Source: Patescibacteria group bacterium
Lineage (GTDB): Bacteria > Patescibacteriota > Minisyncoccia > 2-02-FULL-40-12 > GWA2-44-9
Length of the DNA: 64,000 bases
NCBI GenBank assembly: GCA_038064515.1
Contig: JBBTSY010000007.1
Coordinates: forward strand, 18,249-82,248
Direction of reading: 5' to 3'
A program made the position numbers and the translations under genes. Below, piece after piece: positions 27,021-34,622 of this stretch. The first letter of the stretch is position 1. Each line of letters begins with the position of its first letter. The notes under the pieces were generated by a model that had not been told where the DNA came from, made no database searches, and saw nothing but the letters and a program-made list of their open reading frames with translations.

Positions 27021-27907
27021 TAGTCGACGTGGAGACCGCCCGAATCGAAGCCACCAGCGCAGACGAAGCTGCCGTCGGACGACTGCACGGCTGACCAATC
27101 CCATGTTCTTTCTAAGAGAGACTCCTTATTAGCACCGTAATATGTAATGGTATCATAAACTACCTCAGTAGGAGTTCTTCTTCGTACAGAATTCGGATCT
27201 ATTCCATTTTTCTTAGCCCATTCTTTAAGAACCTCTTCTTGCTGGTCCCAATTTTTACTAAGAGATTCCGGTAAAACTGCTTTAGCGGCCAAACCCCAGC
27301 CTAATTTAGTAGTATCTTCTAAAGAAAACTTTTCCTTGTCATGCCAAGCCTCGCCTTTTTTATAATAAAATATTTTATTCTTTTTCTTTGTAGGATCCCC
27401 GAGCTTATCTTCGCCCTGCATTACCTCCCGCATCCTGTCTATGCTTAAAGGTTTTCCTTCCTTATCATGAGGAACTCGAAGCACCAGCATCATACCCAGG
27501 GCTTTTGCCTGTTCTAATTCTTCCCTGCTGAAAGGTATATTTTCTATTTGGCTTGCTTCTTCAGGCGTTAATTTAATGCCCCAGGTTTTTTCAACTGCCT
27601 CCGGACCAATAAAATCTTTTTCCAATATTTCCCTAGCTTCTCTGAAATCTAAACGGGCCTCCGGAGAAGCAAGTTTTTCCAATTGCTGAAGCTTTTCAAG
27701 CGCTTGGCCTAAATCATTATTAGCAAAAGCTTCTTGAACTCCTTTTGCCAACTCAATAGATTTTACTTTTAGCTCGGCCTCTTCACGCTCTTGCTGTTCT
27801 CTTTCTTCAATCTCTCTTTGAGCCGAATCTTTTTCCTTCTTTTTGCCAGCACTTTTGGATTGTTCGCCTTTCCAAAAAGCTTCAAATTGTGGTTTCTCGG
27901 ACGACAT
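26969..27907 (-). CDS. Hypothetical protein, paralog A (312 aa) with conserved approximately 40-aa Cys-containing C-terminal module
   Basis: Charged coiled-coil-like N-terminus. The central region is shared with paralog B (…KNWDQQEEVLKEWAKKNGIDP…). The C-terminus is VQSSDGSFVCAGGFDSGGLHVDYDSRGNSDSTLGVCPAR. The gene lies 3 nt downstream of the MoxR gene. Confidence 0.6.
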   Translation of the reverse strand: MSSEKPQFEAFWKGEQSKSAGKKKEKDSAQREIEEREQQEREEAELKVKSIELAKGVQEAFANNDLGQALEKLQQLEKLASPEARLDFREAREILEKDFIGPEAVEKTWGIKLTPEEASQIENIPFSREELEQAKALGMMLVLRVPHDKEGKPLSIDRMREVMQGEDKLGDPTKKKNKIFYYKKGEAWHDKEKFSLEDTTKLGWGLAAKAVLPESLSKNWDQQEEVLKEWAKKNGIDPNSVRRRTPTEVVYDTITYYGANKESLLERTWDWSAVQSSDGSFVCAGGFDSGGLHVDYDSRGNSDSTLGVCPAR

Positions 27908-27909
27908 AA

Positions 27910-29562
27910 TTATAATTCGGAGATAAGTGTAGCTAAATAAGTACGCTCTTCTCCTAGTGGAATTTTAGGAAGCACAACCTCTTGAACTGCCTTTTTAGCC
28001 TTGGTCATACCCCTTCTCTTTTCTTCTTCAGTAATAACCATGGCCGGCAATTCGTAAGCGCACTCAACAGATTCACGCAAGCTAAAAACGAATTTAATCG
28101 GTTCATCAGATTTGCCTTCATGGTACGCCCTATAAGCTCCCCTGATTTTATTTGCAATTTCAGCCACTTCCTTTATATCCTCAATCTGTTCTTTTACGGA
28201 AGCAGTAAGCAAATCAGCTACTTTGGGGTTTGCCTTATTATTGGCTACCGCATCCCAAAGCATTTGGAATTCTTCAGGAGTAAAATCTTTAAGATCGGGG
28301 ACATACTGGCGCAAGATTAAAGCCTCGTCCGATCTGAATTCGATTTTATCATTCGGACCTTTTCTTTCCTTCTCAAATGGAGGGTATGTGACCTCCATGA
28401 TTCGGGCTCGAGATTTGATCGTTTCCGCTAATGGTTTTACGCCCATATAGTGCTGTGGGTTTTCCAATCCTACCAATAAAACTTCTTCTGCGGCTTTTAC
28501 TATATTCTTATCTTCTCCTAAATATATAGCGCGGTCATGGTCAAATAAAGAATTGAGAATCTTCGCAACTTCCGGTTTAAGGGTATTGATTTCGTCAAAT
28601 TCGAGAATAGCACCTGGCGTTTCAAGAGCTTCTATAACCGTAGACTTGATTCTGTAGGTTCCCCGCTTGGAATCATACTCAAGAAGATACTTAAAGTCCT
28701 GTTCATCCTTTCCTGCAGAACAAGTAAATCTAAATAACGGCCTCTGGGTTAAATAGGCAAAGTGATCAATAATTTTATTCTTTCCAGTACCGGCATCGCC
28801 TTCCAATATAACAATACCCTGACCGCGCTCACGCTGGCGATTAACTAATTTAGTAAATTTCTCCATTGTCTCAACCACATGCGGAGTCTCAACAAAGTTT
28901 GGATCACGGCTAAGGACATCTTTAGCTCCTTCGGTAGCTAAACCATTAAGATGCCTCAAGGCTCTGAGCACCCATTCTGAATCAGGATGTTTTTCTTTTA
29001 ACTCTTCGAAATAGTGCTTGGCCGATTCTTGTTTTTCCGGATCATCGCTGGAAAGATTCTGTACGGCCTCTAAATATCCTGACCTCTCTTTCTTTAATGC
29101 CTTATAATCGCTCAGGGGTAGATATCTGTCCTTTTCTCCAAATCTTACCTTGCCCTGCGAATTGCCTCCTGGCTTAATCTCTACGCCGTCATTCCTTTTA
29201 AAGGATATCTCTACCATGGTTTGGCCTTGTTCTCGAAACTGTTCACCTTCTACATCCCAAAGAAGTTTCTCTCCTTTCGGCTCAAAGACTGGTGTAGATT
29301 CTTGGCCGATGCGCACTTCCTTAGCTCCTTCAATGGGCACGATCTTTTCTTTTTGCTTTGCGTGCACCTCCAAAAACTCTGAAACCTCCTGGGTCTTGCC
29401 CTCAACATCAACCTGCTTAAGAAGTTCCTTTGCTTCCTCCGGTATTTTGCCGGATTTTAAAAGCTCGGCCTTAATCGCCTCAATTCTCTCAAGACGGTCC
29501 ATGTCGTCTGGACGAAAGGCTTTAAATGATTCGACTGATGGCATAGGAATTCGTTCTTTCAT
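27910..29562 (-). CDS. MoxR-type AAA+ ATPase (AAA_5/CbbQ/RavA-like) with long N-terminal extension
   Basis: 550 aa. Walker A-like GDAGTGKN is present, with Asn where Ser/Thr is usual. Walker B is ILEFDEIN. The sensor/arginine region is VGLENPQHYMGVKPLAETIKSR, typical of the MoxR family. The N-terminal approximately 250 aa is charged and of unknown fold. Confidence 0.85.
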   Translation of the reverse strand: MKERIPMPSVESFKAFRPDDMDRLERIEAIKAELLKSGKIPEEAKELLKQVDVEGKTQEVSEFLEVHAKQKEKIVPIEGAKEVRIGQESTPVFEPKGEKLLWDVEGEQFREQGQTMVEISFKRNDGVEIKPGGNSQGKVRFGEKDRYLPLSDYKALKKERSGYLEAVQNLSSDDPEKQESAKHYFEELKEKHPDSEWVLRALRHLNGLATEGAKDVLSRDPNFVETPHVVETMEKFTKLVNRQRERGQGIVILEGDAGTGKNKIIDHFAYLTQRPLFRFTCSAGKDEQDFKYLLEYDSKRGTYRIKSTVIEALETPGAILEFDEINTLKPEVAKILNSLFDHDRAIYLGEDKNIVKAAEEVLLVGLENPQHYMGVKPLAETIKSRARIMEVTYPPFEKERKGPNDKIEFRSDEALILRQYVPDLKDFTPEEFQMLWDAVANNKANPKVADLLTASVKEQIEDIKEVAEIANKIRGAYRAYHEGKSDEPIKFVFSLRESVECAYELPAMVITEEEKRRGMTKAKKAVQEVVLPKIPLGEERTYLATLISEL

Positions 29563-29588
29563 AATTTATTTATTTTTTACGATTATTT

Positions 29589-29712
29589 ATTAAAAATTTT
29601 TCGAAAGCCCAAGTAATCAATCAAGTACCAAGGCTCCAAGTTCCCAAGTCCCCGATGAAACTACCGAGCGGGGCAGACGCCGAGAGTGGAATCCGAGTTG
29701 CCACGCGAATCG
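29589..29712. repeat. 124-bp direct repeat copy 2 (3' end of paralog B + 3'UTR)
   Basis: Identical to 26897..27020. Confidence 0.85.
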
Positions 29713-30740
29713 CGGTCGACGCCGAGACCGTCCGAATCGAAGGCACCAGCGCAGACGAAGCTGCCGCCGGACGACTCTGTTTTCGACCAATCGTAATCCC
29801 TTTCTAGTAAACGTGCTTTCCTGGCTTCGTAATAAGCCAGGACATCATAGATTGTTTCAATCGCCTTTCTCCTGCTTACAAACTTGGGGTCGACCTTGTG
29901 TTCCTTCGCCCACTCCTTCAATACTTCTTCCTGCTCATCCCAATTTTTATCCCTAGTTTCTTCAAGAAGCTCTTTCTTGACAATACTCCAGGCAAGCTCT
30001 ATTACTTCTTCAGTAGCAAACTTCTCCTCATCATACCAGTCCTGGTCATAAAATAAAGGAAACTTTTTTCTTAAATTCGCAATAGTTCCCATCGCTTCTT
30101 TACCTTCAAGCATTACTTTAGGCGATCGCAAGACAACCATAAAACCCTCCTTCTTTAACTGTTCAAGAGATTCTTTTGTCAGTCCCTGCTGGCGAACTTT
30201 TTCTCTCCACTTTTCAGAAATTAATCTAAGCTCTTCCTGATTAAATTTACGACCACTGAATTTTTCAGCCTCTTCAATTCCTAAAAAGTCTTCCTTAAAG
30301 ATTTCCTTCAACTCTTTAAGCTCTCTGACTTCTCCCATCTCCGGAGTAATCTGGTTCTGTATTTTCTCAAGAATTGCTAAAGCTCCTGGAATATCGTCTT
30401 TCGCAAAAAGTTCTTGAGCCTCTTTAGCTAATTCTGTAATTTGTCTTTCCTGTTCCTGGCCAAGGGTAATTTCTACAATCATCTTGCCTTGCATTGAATC
30501 TCCTGGCTTCGAATCTTCAACTATGCGAACCCTATACGCTCTCCCTGCTTCCGGAACTTGGGAAGACTGGCTAAGTATAATTATTTTTCTGTCGGGAGAG
30601 CTGTTGCGATATTCTATTGTCCCATCTTTCTTGCTAACCTCCGAAAATACAATATCTTCCAGAATTTTCTCCTGTGGTTCAGTTTCCAGCCTTTTCTCTG
30701 GTTTTTGGCCTATTTCGGGCCTAAATTGTGGTTTTTCCAT
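29661..30740 (-). CDS. Hypothetical protein, paralog B (approximately 359 aa from ATG 30740) with the same C-terminal module
   Basis: The start was trimmed to MEKPQFRPEIGQ, which parallels paralog A's MSSEKPQFEAFW. The C-terminus is ESSGGSFVCAGAFDSDGLGVDRDSRGNSDSTLGVCPAR. The last approximately 50 nt of coding sequence plus approximately 75 nt of 3'UTR are identical to paralog A at the DNA level. Confidence 0.6.
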   Translation of the reverse strand: MEKPQFRPEIGQKPEKRLETEPQEKILEDIVFSEVSKKDGTIEYRNSSPDRKIIILSQSSQVPEAGRAYRVRIVEDSKPGDSMQGKMIVEITLGQEQERQITELAKEAQELFAKDDIPGALAILEKIQNQITPEMGEVRELKELKEIFKEDFLGIEEAEKFSGRKFNQEELRLISEKWREKVRQQGLTKESLEQLKKEGFMVVLRSPKVMLEGKEAMGTIANLRKKFPLFYDQDWYDEEKFATEEVIELAWSIVKKELLEETRDKNWDEQEEVLKEWAKEHKVDPKFVSRRKAIETIYDVLAYYEARKARLLERDYDWSKTESSGGSFVCAGAFDSDGLGVDRDSRGNSDSTLGVCPAR

Positions 30741-30907
30741 GGTGGTATTGACAAGTTGTATATATTTTGCTATAATGGCTATAGAAACTTTAACAAGTCG
30801 GGGAGGAGCGGTTAGCCACACCGTAACCTCCAAAAAGGAGATCCGGCCCACCTTGTCCTAGCCACGGACGAGGAGCCACCCAGCCTCTATTAAAAATAGG
30901 GACTTTT

Positions 30908-33067
30908 TTATTTGCTCTCCGACCTTTCAAATTTCTGCAACTGCTTCTCTAAAATTTTTAATAACGATTGGGGCAGTTTCTGAATATCTGGAACTGGCAG
31001 TCCATTTTTATCATAATACTGTTTTATGGTTCTTTCCATACCTGGTCCAATACCTATTCCAATCAAAGGAATCTGTTTCGTCCATTTTCTAACTATTTCA
31101 CGCAACTCCCATTCTGATCCCGCATGGCGCGAACTTGGCGCCGGCTGTCCGTCAGAAAATACAATTAAGGCACCCGAAGCATCATTCTCTAATAATCTTT
31201 TCTGGAGACGTCTTGCCGCGCTGTCTACTGCAAAGCCATCGTCATTATATTGGGCACCCGATGACTTTACTTCTTTAAGCACCCTCATAATCTCCAATTT
31301 CTTTTTGCCAAAGTAGTTCTCATCAAATCCCTTGAGCTCGAGGAGTTGGGCATGAAAAGCCAATATTTCAAAAGGTACCCCTTTTTGTGAAAATGCCTCG
31401 GCCATTAAAATAGCTGCCTTCAATGCTTCCTGAATTTTTTCTCCATCCATGCTTCCGCTTACATCAACTAGCAGAGAAAAGGCAACGGCTTTAACCTCCG
31501 GTACATCTTTACGCTCAAAAAATCTGCCTTCTTGAGTGGGAATTTCCCTGGCAAGCTTTCGCGGATCAATTCTTTTACCGCGCCTATACCCGCCCTCCCA
31601 TTCCGCTTCTTCTTGAGGAGGGAAGACCTCATCGAGACGCTCAACAAGCATGCCGACATATTTTTTAATCTGAGAGTAATAAGCGTCATAGCGCTCCCTC
31701 TCCTCTTTAGTGAGGCCCGTCATTCTTTCTTTAAGATTTTCCTGAGTTGCTTCTAAATTCTTTTGAACTTCGCTCTTCGCTTGCTGGATTTGCTCTTGGC
31801 GCTTCTTCTCTCTTTCCTGGTATTCTTTCTCTTCCTCCAATGCCTGCTCAATATCCTCCTGGGTCACCATCTGAACCTGAATCTCCATGGTACCATCTTC
31901 ATTTTCTTTCATTTCAACCGATTTCGGCTGAAGCTGTTTGGTAAACTCTCTTTCTTCCTCGTCAAGTTTTTCTCGAGCTTTCTGCCTATATTGGTCCTTC
32001 TCTTCATCAGAAAGTTCGTCCCAATTTTTTTGACCGCCTTCTTTCTGCTTGCCGGCCTCCTCTTGTTTTTCTTGAGGCTCGCCTTTTCCTTCCTGATCTT
32101 CCTGTTTCTCTTTTTGGCTTTGATCCTGCTCTCCCTCCTCTTCTTTAGATTCTTGTTTTTGCTGTTCCTGGCCTTGACCGCCTTGCTGCTGTTGCTTATC
32201 TTGGGCATGCTGTTTCTGAGCTTCTTCCTCAATGTATTTATCAATTAATTCTTTAAATACTGGCCAGCCCTTTTCCCACATAACTTCTTTAAATGCTCTT
32301 CTACCCTTTGATTCATTAAGATATTCATCAAGCACTCCTTCAGTCTCCCCAAAAGCCTTTAATACTTTCTCGTCCTTGATCTTTGATTTCATTTCTTCAA
32401 AATCAAAATCTTCTATGAACGGCTCTGCTCCTTTTGCCCAGCAAAGAAGGCCGTACTGAATAGGCAAAGATTTCTTTTCAAAGTCATGCAATAAAGCCTG
32501 GGCGATATCTTCTTTTAAATATGCTCCCAAGCGGTGACGTGCCGTTCTGGATGTCTGGCCTTCCTGATTATTCGATCTGCCATCTTCCCAAGCATCGTAA
32601 ATTGTAAAAAGGTCTAACGGTTTATAGCCTTCCTGCTTGGCCAATTCTTGAGATTCCAATAGAGACTGATAATCGGAATGTTTGATATGGCCCATCTCAT
32701 GACGAAAAACTCCAAAGATATAATCTTCACTTCTTTCCAACAAATCTTGCTCCGGATAAGTCATGACCTCAGGTACTAGCAGTTTTTCATCAAAATCTTC
32801 CAAGCTTTTTTCTGGATGTTTTCTCCTCTCCTCTTCAAATTTCTTTGAAAGTCCAGCAGCCCAGCCCTGACCAGGAATAAGATTCAAGTTAAAGTTCTTG
32901 GAAAGATTTTTAGTCACGAACCGCAACTTATCTTTTAGCTCCTGAATTTCGTGAGGGCTTCTTTTCCTCCCCGCCTCCGGCTTCTCTGACATAGGATGAA
33001 AAGCAGACTCTAATTCAGGTCTTTCGTGCTGAGACTTAGGTTGTGGCTCAAAAGACTCTTTGCTCAT
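30908..33067 (-). CDS. HExxH metallopeptidase-like N-domain + Gln/Glu/Lys-rich linker + C-terminal von Willebrand factor A domain protein (DUF2201-like MoxR partner)
   Basis: 719 aa. RHEMGH lies at residues approximately 122-127 (coordinates approximately 32687-32704). A long QQQGGQGQEQQKQESKEEEGEQ... low-complexity coiled-coil region follows. The VWA domain has the MIDAS motif DVSGSM plus downstream FSDG. This is the first gene of the operon. The architecture is the kind that is normally paired with MoxR AAA+ ATPases. Confidence 0.8.
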   Translation of the reverse strand: MSKESFEPQPKSQHERPELESAFHPMSEKPEAGRKRSPHEIQELKDKLRFVTKNLSKNFNLNLIPGQGWAAGLSKKFEEERRKHPEKSLEDFDEKLLVPEVMTYPEQDLLERSEDYIFGVFRHEMGHIKHSDYQSLLESQELAKQEGYKPLDLFTIYDAWEDGRSNNQEGQTSRTARHRLGAYLKEDIAQALLHDFEKKSLPIQYGLLCWAKGAEPFIEDFDFEEMKSKIKDEKVLKAFGETEGVLDEYLNESKGRRAFKEVMWEKGWPVFKELIDKYIEEEAQKQHAQDKQQQQGGQGQEQQKQESKEEEGEQDQSQKEKQEDQEGKGEPQEKQEEAGKQKEGGQKNWDELSDEEKDQYRQKAREKLDEEEREFTKQLQPKSVEMKENEDGTMEIQVQMVTQEDIEQALEEEKEYQEREKKRQEQIQQAKSEVQKNLEATQENLKERMTGLTKEERERYDAYYSQIKKYVGMLVERLDEVFPPQEEAEWEGGYRRGKRIDPRKLAREIPTQEGRFFERKDVPEVKAVAFSLLVDVSGSMDGEKIQEALKAAILMAEAFSQKGVPFEILAFHAQLLELKGFDENYFGKKKLEIMRVLKEVKSSGAQYNDDGFAVDSAARRLQKRLLENDASGALIVFSDGQPAPSSRHAGSEWELREIVRKWTKQIPLIGIGIGPGMERTIKQYYDKNGLPVPDIQKLPQSLLKILEKQLQKFERSESK

Positions 33068-33384
33068 TTAGGTATTGGGATTATATAAGTTCATTCTAAG
33101 TGTTAAGGGTATAAAAAGCAAACTTGCCTATCGGCTCATTTTCTGCAATAATGGTGGCGAGTCTTGTTAATAGAGATTAGGCTAAGGTTTAATCTTATGG
33201 GTCTCCTTTATTCATTCCTCACCAGAGTTCTTATGGCTACGGCTATAAGAAGTGGCGTGACCGGATATCGTAAGAGAGATGAAACTACGTGTTTTGTTTC
33301 AGTGTAGGTACTCCAGATTCGCATCGGGAGTTGCTACCAAGTAAAATTCAGGAGATGTTTCCTTTTTGAAACTATCCAGTGGCC

Positions 33385-33537
33385 ATGAGGCGATTACAGA
33401 GGGGACAAAACACCAAGGTGCAGTCGTCCGACGGCAACTTCGTCTACGCTGGTAACTTCGATTCGGACGGTCTCAACGTCAACAACGATTCGCGTGACAA
33501 CTCGAATTCCAATCTCGGCGTCTGCCCCGCTCGGTAG
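33385..33537 (+). CDS. Orphan small ORF (50 aa) consisting essentially of the conserved C-terminal module; inverted relative to the paralogs
   Basis: MRRLQRGQNTKVQSSDGNFVYAGNFDSDGLNVNNDSRDNSNSNLGVCPAR*. The last 52 nt match the paralog 3' ends with about 3 mismatches on the opposite strand. The hairpin AAGAGCCTTC-caaat-GAAGGCTCTT follows the stop at approximately 33560-33585. It is too short for the ORF track. Confidence 0.35.
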   Translation: MRRLQRGQNTKVQSSDGNFVYAGNFDSDGLNVNNDSRDNSNSNLGVCPAR

Positions 33538-33792
33538 TATTATCTATCTTCCTCTGCTAAGAGCCTTCCAAATGAAGGCTCTTAGTTTAATCCCGACTGG
33601 ATTTAATCCAGCCCCCAAGCATTTTACCGATTTCTTGGATATAGCCCTGACAGTAAATATAACGCTTCTCGTTTAAAATCTTTAAATCCGATAAAAGCCT
33701 TATAAATACCTTGAGCATATCCACTTTCTAGGGTTATAATCTGCCGATATAAGCTCTTTAATTTTTACTTGGGTTATTTGCATAAATATAGG

Positions 33793-33814
33793 TTATCCAC
33801 TTTTTTATCCACAA
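33793..33814. promoter_or_regulatory. Pair of DnaA-box-like 9-mers (TTATCCACT, TTATCCACA) in an AT-rich 300-bp noncoding stretch
   Basis: TTATCCACA is the consensus DnaA box. The two boxes are 13 nt apart and adjacent to the 3' end of a replication-organizer-like gene. Confidence 0.35.
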
Positions 33815-33856
33815 AGTTATCTAATAATAATTTCTCTTTGTTTCTCTAATACATTG

Positions 33857-34282
33857 TCAGTACGGAAGCCGTACCGCTTTTGGTCTAGTTTCCCTACCAA
33901 TTCTGGTATGTTTTCTGTACTGGTTCACTTTCCGTACTACCTCGTCCGCGACCATGGAAAGATTGATTTCATAGCAGTTGCCACGGAAGTCTTTTCGGAC
34001 CAGAATCGCTCCGGCCTTTGTAAGATTCGAAAGCGATTCGCTGACTACCGATCGCGACAATCCCGCGCCAAAGTCCAGGATTTTTCCATCCCTTGTCTTA
34101 ATGCCTTTCATAAATTGAGTGAAGCTGATCCGGTCCACCTGCTTGTGAAATCCGAACGTGCGCCGGCAGATATACAGAAGGCATTTGCCCTCGCCTTCCG
34201 GTATTAGAGGCAGAATCTTATCCAAAATAAGGTTGGGTATCTGAGTGCTATTGGGTATAAGATGTCTGTTTTCCTCTGGCAT
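33857..34282 (-). CDS. Phage/plasmid-type replication organizer-like winged-helix protein
   Basis: 141 aa. LLYICRRTFGFHKQVDRISFTQFMKGIKTRDGKILDFGAGLSRSVVSESLSNLTKAGAILVRKD resembles the N-terminal wH DNA-binding domain of phage replisome organizer/DnaD-like proteins. It was preferred over the overlapping + strand ORF 33854..34207. Confidence 0.5.
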   Translation of the reverse strand: MPEENRHLIPNSTQIPNLILDKILPLIPEGEGKCLLYICRRTFGFHKQVDRISFTQFMKGIKTRDGKILDFGAGLSRSVVSESLSNLTKAGAILVRKDFRGNCYEINLSMVADEVVRKVNQYRKHTRIGRETRPKAVRLPY

Positions 34283-34388
34283 GGTTTAAGCGCAATTGGG
34301 ACTAACTTTCGTTAGTCTTTGTTGCTATTAGACAGCTTTCCATTCCTGCCCCTCATGCTCTCGCGGTGAGGAACAGGATCGAAAGCCG

Positions 34389-34622
34389 TTAGCTGATGAT
34401 GTTAATTAACCTCTCGTTCTCCAGGAATGATTCGGATTTCAGAAGGTAATCCCCGTCATAGATATTGTTGTACTCAATATCGTATTCGTAGATTGCCGCC
34501 TTCTCGAAGTTTTCAATCGCCTCCATGATCTCGTCCATGGTTGGTGCTGATGCCAACTCTTCTTCCTGATCAGTTCCTGTAAATGCCACGTACCACTTAT
34601 CGGTTCGCGTGGACCTGGCCAT
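34389..34622 (-). CDS. Hypothetical small acidic protein (77 aa)
   Basis: ORF only. It lies between the AAA_24 gene and the replication organizer on the same strand. Confidence 0.3.
   Translation of the reverse strand: MARSTRTDKWYVAFTGTDQEEELASAPTMDEIMEAIENFEKAAIYEYDIEYNNIYDGDYLLKSESFLENERLINIIS

Noticed and set aside
31763-32248. 161-aa Leu/Phe-rich ORF antisense to the VWA gene linker (and ORF 31909..32244 in another frame)
   Set aside because: This is an artefact of the low-complexity Q/E/K-coding repeat region. The sense-strand VWA protein has clear domain support.
33854-34207. 117-aa + strand ORF overlapping the replication-organizer gene
   Set aside because: The minus-strand ORF has recognisable wH replication-protein features, whereas the plus-strand translation is composition-poor. 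Only one of the two is likely to be real.
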